Shown here piece by piece: positions 19,793-30,235 of a stretch of DNA of 64,000 bases. The stretch comes from a virus (taxonomy: Duplodnaviria; Heunggongvirae; Uroviricota; Caudoviricetes). The notes beneath the pieces are model-generated. The model did no database searches, was not told where the DNA came from, and was given only the letters and a program-made list of their open reading frames with translations. The translations under genes and the position numbers were made by a program. Position 1 is the first letter of the stretch; every line of letters begins with the position of its first letter. Location: positions 203,468 through 267,467 of IMG/VR virus record IMGVR_UViG_3300014204_000107; one strand, 5' to 3'.

Positions 19793-21025
19793 ATGGAATT
19801 TTCCAAAGATTTTATTAAAGAAGCTGTAGCAGATTCAAAAGCATTACGCGAAACTGCATTGATAAATGCAAGAAAACAACTTGCTGAAGCATTTGAACCC
19901 AAAATAAGAGCAGCAATTTCAGACCAAATTGGTAAAGAAGTCGACGAAATGCCGATTGATCCAATTGACGCTGAGTTTGAAGGAATACAAGATTTAGCAA
20001 CAGATATGCCGGTAGACACAGAAGGCTTGCCAGTAGGTGAACAACCAGAAGAAATGGAACAAGAAAGCCTTGGCATTAGTGACGAAGACGTAGATATGCT
20101 ATTAAAAGAACTTGAAGGTGACGAAGAAGAAATGCCGAAAGACGCCGAACCAGAAGCAGAATTAGCAGCACCGGAAGATTCACCAATTTCTGCCGATGAT
20201 TTAGCAGGCGACGAATTTGGCGGAGACCAAGAAATTGATTTAGATAATCAGCAACTTGATGTAAATGTAGATGATGCAACTGCACCAGAAGCAGACGAAG
20301 TAGATGATTTTGATTTTGAAATTGAAATGGACGACGAAGGTGGCGAAACACAAGAAATTACAGTAGAGCCAGGTGAAACCGTAACATTAAAAATTAATGC
20401 TGTGCCTGAAGGTGAGGAAGCACCAGAAAATGATATTGATATGGGCGATGACGAAGAAGTTATTACATTAGATGACGAAGAACCCGTTAAAGAAGAAGGC
20501 GTGCAAACATTTAGTGATGACGACGAAATCATTTCATTAGAAGAATTAGCTAATGACTTAGCATCTAATGAACAAGAAGACCAAAAATATAAACTTGAAC
20601 TTGAAGAAGCTAATAAAAATTTAGCTGACGCATATAACGTAATCGAAGAATTGCGTGCAAAAATAAACGAAGTGGCATTGTTAAATGCAAAACTATTATT
20701 TACGAATAAACTGTTCAAATACGGTTTAAACGAACAACAAATGGTTCGTATTGTTAACTCATTTAATAAAGCAGAATCACTACGAGAGTGTAAATTAATT
20801 TATAATACACTCAATGAGTCTCTTAAGAATAAGCAAGTTCTTAAAGAGAAGAAAGAAACCACCTTGTTAGAACGTGCAGGTGTGCAATCAGCTGCAAGGC
20901 CAACAAGAACAACTAATGAAAGAACACTATTGAAAGAAACTGCTGAAACGCAAGATGATATTCAATACATACTTCCGCCAGAAGTTGTAGACAAATTACA
21001 AAGATTAGCAAAAATAAAGCAATAA
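19793..21025 (+). CDS. Prohead scaffolding/core protein (T4 gp22-like)
   Basis: Very acidic, coiled coil, INEVALLNAKLLFTNKLF; many LxE sites; directly before MCP. Confidence 0.8.
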   Translation: MEFSKDFIKEAVADSKALRETALINARKQLAEAFEPKIRAAISDQIGKEVDEMPIDPIDAEFEGIQDLATDMPVDTEGLPVGEQPEEMEQESLGISDEDVDMLLKELEGDEEEMPKDAEPEAELAAPEDSPISADDLAGDEFGGDQEIDLDNQQLDVNVDDATAPEADEVDDFDFEIEMDDEGGETQEITVEPGETVTLKINAVPEGEEAPENDIDMGDDEEVITLDDEEPVKEEGVQTFSDDDEIISLEELANDLASNEQEDQKYKLELEEANKNLADAYNVIEELRAKINEVALLNAKLLFTNKLFKYGLNEQQMVRIVNSFNKAESLRECKLIYNTLNESLKNKQVLKEKKETTLLERAGVQSAARPTRTTNERTLLKETAETQDDIQYILPPEVVDKLQRLAKIKQ

Positions 21026-21042
21026 TTTTAAAGGAGAAAAAA

Positions 21043-22737
21043 ATGGCTGAAAATTTAATGAACGTTTTCGCAAATGACGCAAAGGCAGCCTATCGTAATC
21101 AACATGAACAATCCAAGAAACTCATTAAGAAATGGGAACGCACTGGTTTGTTAGAAGGTATCAAACATGAATACGATAGATCGACTATGGCAGTCTTGCT
21201 TGAAAACCAAGCTCGCCAGTTAGTGACAGAAGTATCACGTACTGGTACTGCACAATACTCAGAAGAATGGAGTGGCGTAGCCCTTCCATTAGTTCGACGT
21301 GTATTTGCAGAAATCGCTGCAAAAGAATTCGTTTCTGTGCAGGCAATGACACTTCCAAGTGGACTTGTATTCTACTTAGACTTCAAGTATGGTAGCGGCG
21401 TAAGTGGGTTTACTACATCAGAAGGTACCAGCGACCAATGGGGCTGGCAAGAAAATTCTGTATATGGTAAAACTTCAGTAGCAGGTGAACCTTCAGGTGG
21501 TCTTTATGGTGCAGGCAAATTTGGATATTCTATTAACCAATTTACTACTCATTCTGCAATTGTATCAACCGGCTCAGCAGCTTGGTCAGATGTAAACTAC
21601 GATCCTACATTGTCAGCATCAATTGGACAATATAAGAAAGTTGTTATTGATATGGCAACTGCAAACATGGACCCGGAAGGCGTTCGTGCTTTTGCATTGA
21701 TCGATGGTGCCGGTACTGCTATGAACTTACCTACATATACTGCACCAGTATATGCAAGCAGCGCATGGTCACGAATCCAAATGATTGTAACTAATTCAAT
21801 TGAAATGGCTCCGTCAACTAATACGGCATCCATTGAATATAACAAACAACCAGGCGCATATAGCCGTGGTGATTTTGAAGCAACCGGTGACCCTTCATGG
21901 GGTAACGGAACAGGTGTGGAACAATATGATCCATCAGCTGGTAGTGTTGGTACTAATGCACTTCAAATTCCTGAATTAAATGTATCCTTACGTTCAGTTC
22001 CTATTGTTGCTAAAACAAGAAAATTGAAAACCGTATGGACACCAGAATTTGCTCAGGACTTAAATGCATATCACTCAATTGATGCTGAAGCCGAATTAAC
22101 TTCATTGTTAAGTGAGTATATGACCTTAGAAATTGACTTGGAAATCCTTGACATGCTTATCGAAAATGCTATTACAGTAGATTACTGGAATGCACAACCA
22201 GGTAAGATAATTGGAGCTACTCAAACTAATGGAGAATCAGATTGGCAAGCACAAGGTTTTGGCAGCACTTCAATGTTCTACACTCAACCAACATGGTTCC
22301 AAACTTTAGGCATTAAATTGCAGAAAGTTTCTAATTTAATCCACAAGAAAACCTTACGCGGTGGTGCAAACTTTATCGTATTAGGTCCTACTGTAGCAAC
22401 TATTATCGAATCGATCCCTGGCTTCGCTGGAGATACTGACGGTAATCAGGTGAAATTTGAAGCTGGTATCCAACGTATTGGTAGTCTTTCAAAGAGATAT
22501 ACGGTTTACAAAAACCCATATATGAAAGAAGATACAATCCTTATGGGATTCCGCGGTACTCAGTTCTTAGAAACTGGTGCTGTTTTCGCTCCATATATTC
22601 CATTGATTATGACGCCATTGATCTACGATCCAGTGAACTTTACACCTAGAAAAGGCGTAATGACGCGTTATGCAAAGAAAGTCGTTCGCCCCGAATTTTA
22701 TGGTAAAATTTTTGTAGGTGGAACAAACTATATTTAA
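21043..22737 (+). CDS. Major capsid protein (T4 gp23-like)
   Basis: LLENQ, LPLVRRVF, PSGLVFYLDF, AKTRKLK, ELAQDL-like EFAQDL, YIPL, GVMTRY motifs. Confidence 0.96.
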   Translation: MAENLMNVFANDAKAAYRNQHEQSKKLIKKWERTGLLEGIKHEYDRSTMAVLLENQARQLVTEVSRTGTAQYSEEWSGVALPLVRRVFAEIAAKEFVSVQAMTLPSGLVFYLDFKYGSGVSGFTTSEGTSDQWGWQENSVYGKTSVAGEPSGGLYGAGKFGYSINQFTTHSAIVSTGSAAWSDVNYDPTLSASIGQYKKVVIDMATANMDPEGVRAFALIDGAGTAMNLPTYTAPVYASSAWSRIQMIVTNSIEMAPSTNTASIEYNKQPGAYSRGDFEATGDPSWGNGTGVEQYDPSAGSVGTNALQIPELNVSLRSVPIVAKTRKLKTVWTPEFAQDLNAYHSIDAEAELTSLLSEYMTLEIDLEILDMLIENAITVDYWNAQPGKIIGATQTNGESDWQAQGFGSTSMFYTQPTWFQTLGIKLQKVSNLIHKKTLRGGANFIVLGPTVATIIESIPGFAGDTDGNQVKFEAGIQRIGSLSKRYTVYKNPYMKEDTILMGFRGTQFLETGAVFAPYIPLIMTPLIYDPVNFTPRKGVMTRYAKKVVRPEFYGKIFVGGTNYI

Positions 22738-22773
22738 TATTTTTTATATACTATTAAGCTTAAATGCGGTAAG

Positions 22774-22802
22774 AAAGAGGATCAATTTGATCCTCTTTTT
22801 TT
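22774..22802 (+). terminator. Rho-independent terminator after MCP
   Basis: AAAGAGGATCA-ATT-TGATCCTCTTT plus T-run. Confidence 0.85.
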
Positions 22803-22869
22803 ATAAATTATTTTTCGAAAAAACTTATTCTTTTAGAATTTTATACTATATATATAAGAAAAGAATAGT

Positions 22870-24438
22870 ATGAAAAGCAAAAAAACAGTAATATGTGTGA
22901 TATGTAATAATGAATATAATGCTAGAGGGTTTCATAATCATATAACCCAGCATCATCATATGTCATTGGATGAATATAAAAAATTAGATTATAATCATCC
23001 GTTTAAAGATGGTCACGAACCAGCGTATCATCGAAAAAAAGAAAAAAGAAAATGTTTAATATGCGGAGCAATATTGGAATCCGAATCATTGTTATCTTAT
23101 CATATTAGACTATTGCATCACATGGACAAATTAAGTTATATTATTAAATATGAATTAAATGGAATAATCCCAGTATGTAAATGTGGGTGTGGTAAAAATG
23201 TTAAAATTTTAAAGCAACCACCGTATAAGCGTGATTATATCATTGGGCACAATGATAATCCGATGATTGGGCGAAAGCATACAAAAAAATCAAAGAATAT
23301 GATGAGTAAGAGCGCAAAAAATCGAATCAATCAAGATAAAACTAATGGAATTATTACTTCTTGGCATTCACCAACTGCTATAAAGAAACGAAGTATGGCA
23401 TATTCAGCATATTGGTTATCAAAAAAATTAGATATGTATAATGTAACGTTACTGTGCAGCCACCAAGATTATATTGATAATAAGATTAAATTTAAATGCA
23501 ATGTGTGTGGTAGGATCCAAGAACAAAATCATAAATCATATTTATTATGCGATAAATGTTATCCAAGAGTTAGATCTGCAGCCCAAACAGAAGTTGCAGA
23601 ATTTATTGAATCATTAGGAATTAATGTAGTATTGAATACCAAAAGTGTAATTAAAAATAAAGAATTGGATATATATTTGCCTGATTATAAATTAGCTATA
23701 GAATATGATGGTTTATATTGGCATAGTTTAATTGCCGATAATAAATATCATATAAATAAATCTAAGGAATGCGAGCAAATTGGAATTCAATTAATTCATA
23801 TTTTTGAGGATGAGTGGATTTTTAAGCAAGAAATAGTAAAATCAAGATTATTGCATATTGTTAATAAAACACATAATAAAATATATGCAAGAAAGTGTAA
23901 AATTGTAAAGTTAACCAAAAAAGAAAAAGATGAATTTTTAGAATTAAATCATATACAAGGAAAAGATATATCCTCTATTTATTATGGATTAATGTACGAT
24001 GATAGTATTGTTTCATTGATGACATTTTCTAAGCCAAGAATAATATCAAAAACAAAAGAATTAATTAATACATTTGAATTAGTAAGATATGCTAGCCATA
24101 TGAATTATAATATTGTTGGCGGGGCAAGTAAGTTACTAAATAAATTTATTATCGAGAACAAGCCCAGTAAAATAATATCTTATGCCGATAGAAGATGGAC
24201 AACCACGATCAAAGAAACGGTGTACGATAAATTAGGATTTATTAAAGTTAAAGAAACCGTACCAGATTATTGGTACATTAAATCCCAGCGCCGACTGCAT
24301 AGATTTAATTTTGCTAAACATCGATTAGTTAAAATGGGTTATGACAAAAATAAAACGGAATCACAAATTATGAAAGAAATTGGATATGGAAAAATATATG
24401 ATTGCGGCAGTTTAAAATATGAAATGAAATTTGATTAG
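22870..24438 (+). CDS. Free-standing homing endonuclease (Zn fingers, NUMOD3, Vsr/PD-(D/E)xK-type Hef-like)
   Basis: C2H2 fingers, CKCGCG, GRKHTKKSK, ELDIYLPDYKLAIEYDGLYWHS, SYADRRW, IYDCG. Confidence 0.8.
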   Translation: MKSKKTVICVICNNEYNARGFHNHITQHHHMSLDEYKKLDYNHPFKDGHEPAYHRKKEKRKCLICGAILESESLLSYHIRLLHHMDKLSYIIKYELNGIIPVCKCGCGKNVKILKQPPYKRDYIIGHNDNPMIGRKHTKKSKNMMSKSAKNRINQDKTNGIITSWHSPTAIKKRSMAYSAYWLSKKLDMYNVTLLCSHQDYIDNKIKFKCNVCGRIQEQNHKSYLLCDKCYPRVRSAAQTEVAEFIESLGINVVLNTKSVIKNKELDIYLPDYKLAIEYDGLYWHSLIADNKYHINKSKECEQIGIQLIHIFEDEWIFKQEIVKSRLLHIVNKTHNKIYARKCKIVKLTKKEKDEFLELNHIQGKDISSIYYGLMYDDSIVSLMTFSKPRIISKTKELINTFELVRYASHMNYNIVGGASKLLNKFIIENKPSKIISYADRRWTTTIKETVYDKLGFIKVKETVPDYWYIKSQRRLHRFNFAKHRLVKMGYDKNKTESQIMKEIGYGKIYDCGSLKYEMKFD

Positions 24439-24499
24439 TTTATAGTATATTTTATTTTATATCTATATTTATATAAGCACAAATCTAATATGGTAAACT

Positions 24500-25030
24500 A
24501 TGAACCGTGATAATTTAAATATAGTAAAAAAAGGCATTAGACGCATTATTTGTGAAGTATTAGATGAAACATTGAATACTATACAAAAAGTGGGGTGGTC
24601 TTATGATGGTGAAGCACAGTTCACAGCCAGCAATGGTAAAGAATATAATATTCAAATATATCCACTCCATTTGATAGTTGTGAATTCGAGGGCGAAGAAA
24701 TTATTAAATATTGGAAAGAAGCTACTGGGGGATGATTTATGGTTAAAGTTTTATGCATTTGGATATATTATTGGGTTTGCTGATGAATATGAACGAGATA
24801 CCATATTAGGCACTGGTAATGCTGCAGAAATTTTTAGTATTGTTGGTCATGCTGTTATAGATAGAATAAAGGAGAAAGATATTGAATATATTTGCTTCGA
24901 TGCAAAAGAACCAAGTAGAAAAAGATTATATGCAAGGCTTGCCCAATTATTAGCAAAAGAATTAAATTATAATTTAGTAATATCCCCAGATGGTGGTATA
25001 TTTTATTTATATACAAAGGAGTTAGCATGA
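24500..25030 (+). CDS. Hypothetical protein
   Basis: Degenerate leader IRRIICEVLDE; GTGNA...SRKRLY segment. Confidence 0.6.
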   Translation: MNRDNLNIVKKGIRRIICEVLDETLNTIQKVGWSYDGEAQFTASNGKEYNIQIYPLHLIVVNSRAKKLLNIGKKLLGDDLWLKFYAFGYIIGFADEYERDTILGTGNAAEIFSIVGHAVIDRIKEKDIEYICFDAKEPSRKRLYARLAQLLAKELNYNLVISPDGGIFYLYTKELA

Positions 25031-26151
25031 AACTGAAAGAATTACGGCAATTAATTAGAGAATGCATTAATGAAGAATTGCAATCGAATACTAAATTTGA
25101 AATCATATTTCGTAGTGATATTGATGATGATGTAGTAGTGCAAGAAAAGTTTAATTCTAAGCAGGAAGCAATGGATTGGGCGGATAGTTGTGAATATAAT
25201 TATGACGATATTGTATTAGATGATGGTGGTAATGATATATGGAAAACATTTTATAGATATTACAACCCAGAAGATGGTGAGAATCATTATACTGGCTATG
25301 AAGTACGCCCAGTGATGCCAATAAAAGAAGAAACAAATAAATTTGAAATGGTGCAATATAAAAATAAAAAATATTATGCAAATGCAAATGATATTAATGA
25401 TAGCACTATTAGTAAATTATTTTTATATGTTGACTCACAATTGAATAATGTTGTTAAAATTAATGGTAAATCATTAATGGTTAGCAAGTCTGAATTAGCT
25501 GATAAATTAAAAGAAGAAATAAATAATAATGTATTTTATAATCGGGGTGATGTTATAAGATTAAATGCAGATGCAGAAGTATCATTGAGCTATAAAGAAG
25601 GCTCGCCGCCAAAGACTTTAATAAAAAATGCATTGTGGGTGGTAGACGATTATGAGCTAGATGAATTTAGTGATATTGGAGGACAAATTTTAAATCTATC
25701 GACATTTGAGCCTGTGGGGGGTTATAATGCCGGTTCTTTTTGTTGTTTTGTGCACAGCGACGATGTTAAAGAAAAATCAAAAGCATACCGAATGAAAGAT
25801 AATATTAAAGAAGAATATATAGCAAATTTTAATGAAGAAGTGCCAGTTGAAGTAGTATTGGATAAATCAAATCATGCAGGAGAGCGTCAATATAGGCACG
25901 GGGAAGAAAATATTATATCAGATGAAGAAATAGTAGAACATATTAAAAGGGCATCTAAAAAAATATTGCGTGCAATGATATTAAATAGTATCAATATTGG
26001 TGACTCAATGTTAGTGCGAGACCAGCAAAAGGATTTAAATGTAGTTTGCATGTCCGCAAGAAGTGGTGCGGGTGTTAAGATAATTATTATAACAGTAATG
26101 CGTAAGCATGGTTTCTTTGCAAAACCAGGAACTAAAATAGTTGATATTTAA
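25027..26151 (+). CDS. Leader-tagged multi-domain protein
   Basis: MKLKELRQLIRECINEE; internal IKEE/LKEE/IKEE spacers. Confidence 0.7.
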   Translation: MKLKELRQLIRECINEELQSNTKFEIIFRSDIDDDVVVQEKFNSKQEAMDWADSCEYNYDDIVLDDGGNDIWKTFYRYYNPEDGENHYTGYEVRPVMPIKEETNKFEMVQYKNKKYYANANDINDSTISKLFLYVDSQLNNVVKINGKSLMVSKSELADKLKEEINNNVFYNRGDVIRLNADAEVSLSYKEGSPPKTLIKNALWVVDDYELDEFSDIGGQILNLSTFEPVGGYNAGSFCCFVHSDDVKEKSKAYRMKDNIKEEYIANFNEEVPVEVVLDKSNHAGERQYRHGEENIISDEEIVEHIKRASKKILRAMILNSINIGDSMLVRDQQKDLNVVCMSARSGAGVKIIIITVMRKHGFFAKPGTKIVDI

Positions 26152-26163
26152 TAAGGAGACACA

Positions 26164-26409
26164 ATGAACAAAACAGAATTAAAGCAATTAATTAAAGAGG
26201 AAATTAAAGTTGTATTAAAAGAATCTAATTATACTGAAATGTTTAGAGAATTATTGAATGATATACGAGACGATATTGCAAATAATGTATCTATTCATGA
26301 CGTACCATATGCGTTAGGCGATACCTGGGACGTAGAAATAGATCCAATATCGATATCGGCCGCTGTTGACGCAGTATTTAAAACATTGCATAATTATGAT
26401 TTATTATAA
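26164..26409 (+). CDS. Leader-tagged small protein
   Basis: MNKTELKQLIKEEIKVVLKE; AGGAG SD. Confidence 0.75.
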   Translation: MNKTELKQLIKEEIKVVLKESNYTEMFRELLNDIRDDIANNVSIHDVPYALGDTWDVEIDPISISAAVDAVFKTLHNYDLL

Positions 26410-26418
26410 GGGACCACA

Positions 26419-26853
26419 ATGAATAAGCAAGAATTAAAGCAATTAATTAAAGAAGAATTATCAAAATATGTTGGTGGTTTGTTTCAATCCAAGGAAGGAG
26501 ATTATATATCAATAGGAATTGAAGGCAGCAGATACAGGCATTTTGGTAAAGTTGTTAAGATACTTGATGATAAAAAAGTTAAAGACGATAATGGCAATAT
26601 ATTCTATCCGGTCGGAAGATTATACAGAGGCGGCAGCACTATATTTCAAAAACAATATAATAATAAAAATGTTGTATCAGCAAAGATTATAACACAACAG
26701 GAATTTGATAATCAGCATAAGCAAATTAAAGTTAATTTTATAAGACAGTTTGATTATAATAGAGTAGATATTGCAACAATAGAGGCTATGATAGATTTGC
26801 TCCCTGTTAAACAAGCAAGCACATTAAATACATCAAGATTTAAAGACAAATAA
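26419..26853 (+). CDS. Leader-tagged protein
   Basis: MNKQELKQLIKEELS. Confidence 0.75.
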   Translation: MNKQELKQLIKEELSKYVGGLFQSKEGDYISIGIEGSRYRHFGKVVKILDDKKVKDDNGNIFYPVGRLYRGGSTIFQKQYNNKNVVSAKIITQQEFDNQHKQIKVNFIRQFDYNRVDIATIEAMIDLLPVKQASTLNTSRFKDK

Positions 26854-26854
26854 C

Positions 26855-27487
26855 ATGAAAAAATTACTTTTATTTTTAGTAGGATTATTTATAGTCATAT
26901 TATCAACGTCATGTCATATTCAACGTGATCTAACAGACGTTCAACCAAGAGTTAATATAGACTATAACTTGTATTCGAACGTCGATCTAATCGACCCGTA
27001 TTACATTTCCTATGAAAGCAGATTACGCCATTTCCATTCTTCCTATTATTTTGGGCTATATTATGGGTATTGGTACAATCCTTATTTAGATTATACTTAT
27101 TACTATTATACTCCATATAATTGGTATTATTATAACTATCCTTATTATTGGCAATACCAACAACATTATTACCATAATTGGCAACATAATTGGAATAATA
27201 ATACTAATATTTATTATGGTCCGCGAAAGCCAAGAACAAATAATAACGGAACACCAAATAGCCAACCAAGAAAGCCAAGAGTAGTACAAAAAGAAGATAA
27301 CCGGGCATATTGGCAGAAAAAGCAGCCAACCGTTACGATACATATGAAGCAAGATGTAAGACAAACACCTAAACAGAATATTAGGCAGCAAGAACCACGA
27401 AAGCGGGTTCAGCAACCCAAACCCAATATAATACCTAATAAAAGTCAATCAAAGCCTATATATAATAAAACCCCACGGAGACGATAA
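26855..27487 (+). CDS. Lipoprotein with Tyr-rich region and basic disordered tail
   Basis: Signal peptide II MKKLLLFLVGLFIVILSTS-C; Y/W/N-rich segment. Confidence 0.7.
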   Translation: MKKLLLFLVGLFIVILSTSCHIQRDLTDVQPRVNIDYNLYSNVDLIDPYYISYESRLRHFHSSYYFGLYYGYWYNPYLDYTYYYYTPYNWYYYNYPYYWQYQQHYYHNWQHNWNNNTNIYYGPRKPRTNNNGTPNSQPRKPRVVQKEDNRAYWQKKQPTVTIHMKQDVRQTPKQNIRQQEPRKRVQQPKPNIIPNKSQSKPIYNKTPRRR

Positions 27488-27488
27488 T

Positions 27489-28109
27489 ATGAAAAAAATT
27501 ATAAAAGAAGTCAATAACGAGCAAACCAATGAGGCTCTTGAACTTATAAAAAATTCAAAATTATGCACTGAGTATGGGTGCAATGCGGAAGCAGTTGAAA
27601 AAGAAGTCAAAAAGCATGGAGAACCAATTAAACTTAATGTGATACAAGTTTCTGGCATGAAAGATGAAGGCAATGATCCAGATCCTTGCTTTGACTTTGT
27701 AAAAGAATTATTGGAAAAGAATGGTTTTGAAATTAGGGCAAGCCAGTGGCGCAATATTTATAGGGAAGATGTTCCTTGGAGATGCCTTATGTTAGTTGAT
27801 AAATCACCAGTCACCGAAGAAAAGCAAATGATAACTGAAAGAGAATGGGGATTAACAATTGATTTATCTGATGTGTGGCCTCAAGAAGATGAATTTGTTT
27901 TTGAAGAAGTGCGAGACGCCATTGTTAATAAGTTAGAACAATGTGAGGATGATGTATTAGCATTTTCAGAAGATATTGTTATGGAATACGAAGATTTAAT
28001 TAGCCAATTAAAATATGCAGAAGACGAAGATGAGTTTGATTATACATTGGAAGAGCTATATAATTGGGCCGATGATAATAATGTATTTATTGAAAAATTT
28101 GGAGGTTAA
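27489..28109 (+). CDS. Acidic hypothetical protein
   Basis: ORF in the operon; VTEE/ITE sites. Confidence 0.55.
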   Translation: MKKIIKEVNNEQTNEALELIKNSKLCTEYGCNAEAVEKEVKKHGEPIKLNVIQVSGMKDEGNDPDPCFDFVKELLEKNGFEIRASQWRNIYREDVPWRCLMLVDKSPVTEEKQMITEREWGLTIDLSDVWPQEDEFVFEEVRDAIVNKLEQCEDDVLAFSEDIVMEYEDLISQLKYAEDEDEFDYTLEELYNWADDNNVFIEKFGG

Positions 28110-28111
28110 TA

Positions 28112-28417
28112 GTGATAGAACTAAATCCATATACAGGATTGCCAGTTTATAGTTATCAAAAATTTCAAGTTTTTGAATCGAGCTTATACCCTGTGCCATA
28201 TGACGCGTATGAAGTAGCAGCAAGAAATGATGCTGGAATGCCGACACAAACTATATATTATACTATAAACCCATTATATTCAGGGAGTTTTGATGCAATT
28301 ACTGGTAGTATGAGTACATACTCGGCAAGTGCGTCCATATTTACGAAGGTATTTACACAATATATGACAACAAGTGGTTCATCCATACAAACTATTCATG
28401 TATTAAGAAATGTTTAA
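28112..28417 (+). CDS. Hypothetical (probable structural) protein
   Basis: Ser/Thr-rich ORF just upstream of the neck gene. Confidence 0.5.
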   Translation: MIELNPYTGLPVYSYQKFQVFESSLYPVPYDAYEVAARNDAGMPTQTIYYTINPLYSGSFDAITGSMSTYSASASIFTKVFTQYMTTSGSSIQTIHVLRNV

Positions 28418-28429
28418 TAGGAAGTAACA

Positions 28430-29653
28430 ATGGCATATGCACAATATGAACAAATAGATATATGGAAAGATAGTCCGCAAGTAATAACTGCTACTAATGG
28501 ATTAACTCCGTGGGGTTATTACGATGATGACAGTGCATTTCAAATAGATGCATATAATTTTTCCAAATTTGCTGCTAGGTGGCTCGGATATCCTATTATT
28601 GATATTGAATTGCAAGATATAAATTTTTATACTGCATTTGAAGACGCAGTAAATGAATATGCCAACCAAGTTAACCAATTTAATATTAAAAGTTATTTAT
28701 TTTCATTGCAAGGATTGCCAACTGCGTCAATACAAGATGGCAATTTAACGCATAAACATATTGCTTCCAATTTAACAAATACAATGTTGATATCTAGCCA
28801 ATATGGTACAGAAGTTGGATTGGGCCCAAATGCTAAATGGTATGCGGGTGAAATTAATATAGTTATGGGTGAACAAGATTATGACTTGACTCCCATTATG
28901 GAAGCAGCGGGTGGTGAAGGATTTACATATGAAGTTCGTAGAGTATTCCATGAAGCACCACCAGCAATTGTTCGTTATTTTGACCCGTATGTTGGTACTG
29001 CATTAGCAAATGCAAATTTAATGGAATCATTTGGTTGGGGTGGTATGTCCCCTGCTATTAACTTTATGATGATGCCACTATATGGTGATATATTAAGAAT
29101 TCAAGCAATTGAAATGAATGACCAAGTTAGAAAATCTGCATATTCATTTGATATTAAAAATAATGTTTTAAAAGTATTTCCCGTTCCAAGTCGCGATTAT
29201 ACTACATATTTTCAATTTGTAAAAGTTGAAGAAAAGATGAATCCGTTCATGCTTGGCAGGAAAGAATTTAATAGCTATTATGGCAAAAACATGCCGACGG
29301 GCAATGGATTAATAGCTGACTTTTCAAATATACCGTATATGGCAATGTCATATGGTCAAATAAATTATCCAGGTAAACAATGGATTAGGCAGTATGCGTT
29401 AGGCAGTTCTAAAGAAATGTTAGGTATGGTTCGTTCTAAATACGCACAAATACCGGGGCCTAATGAAAATGTTACATTAGATGGTGATACACAGAGAAGT
29501 GAAGGTGCAGCAATGAAAGCAGACTTAATTACAAAATTAAGAGAAATGCTTGAAGCAACAACACAAACAGAGCAATTAAAACGCGAGCAAGAAAAAGCTA
29601 CCGCAATGGTAGAAATACTAAATAAAATTCCACTCCCGATTATAGTGGCATAA
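28430..29653 (+). CDS. Neck/head-completion protein (T4 gp13-like)
   Basis: LGYPIIDIEL, WIRQYALGSSKEMLGMVRSKY, VTLDG motifs. Confidence 0.8.
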   Translation: MAYAQYEQIDIWKDSPQVITATNGLTPWGYYDDDSAFQIDAYNFSKFAARWLGYPIIDIELQDINFYTAFEDAVNEYANQVNQFNIKSYLFSLQGLPTASIQDGNLTHKHIASNLTNTMLISSQYGTEVGLGPNAKWYAGEINIVMGEQDYDLTPIMEAAGGEGFTYEVRRVFHEAPPAIVRYFDPYVGTALANANLMESFGWGGMSPAINFMMMPLYGDILRIQAIEMNDQVRKSAYSFDIKNNVLKVFPVPSRDYTTYFQFVKVEEKMNPFMLGRKEFNSYYGKNMPTGNGLIADFSNIPYMAMSYGQINYPGKQWIRQYALGSSKEMLGMVRSKYAQIPGPNENVTLDGDTQRSEGAAMKADLITKLREMLEATTQTEQLKREQEKATAMVEILNKIPLPIIVA

Positions 29654-29668
29654 AACGCAGGAGGCACC

Positions 29669-30235
29669 ATGGATAAGTTGCAAGAATATGAACAAAAAAA
29701 AGACCAATTAGAAGATAAATTTGAACTTTTATCTAAAGAATATAATGCATTAAGGCACGCGGATGATTATAGGGGATTTGGCTGGGAATTTGATGTCAAA
29801 CTCCATAATGTAGTAATGCCGCATGATTTAAGGGAATTATTTAAATTATATCCAGATTTAGAAAATGAATCAATAGATATATTTGAAGATTTTATTGCAA
29901 TTAAAGCAGATGATTTAGTATCAGATTTACAGAGAACATTTAATTGGATTGGTGAAGGATTTCAAGTAGGTAGAGGTAGCGGATGGCTTGTATTAATTGA
30001 TAGAGATTATGAAAATTATGAATATAATATGAGCGAAATTGTGAATAACATATATTATAATGACTTTGAAGAAGCAGATAACGCGTTTTTAGATTGCTAT
30101 TCATATGTTAACGATAGAGCAGCCGAACTTAAAACCATTAAATCATATATTCACGAATATATTGGCAATCTTGGTGACTGGTTTTATGGTTATCTTAAAG
30201 AAAAAGGCATAATAAAAGATTATACAGGAGAATAA
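29669..30235 (+). CDS. Hypothetical protein
   Basis: ORF with GGAGG SD. Confidence 0.6.
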   Translation: MDKLQEYEQKKDQLEDKFELLSKEYNALRHADDYRGFGWEFDVKLHNVVMPHDLRELFKLYPDLENESIDIFEDFIAIKADDLVSDLQRTFNWIGEGFQVGRGSGWLVLIDRDYENYEYNMSEIVNNIYYNDFEEADNAFLDCYSYVNDRAAELKTIKSYIHEYIGNLGDWFYGYLKEKGIIKDYTGE

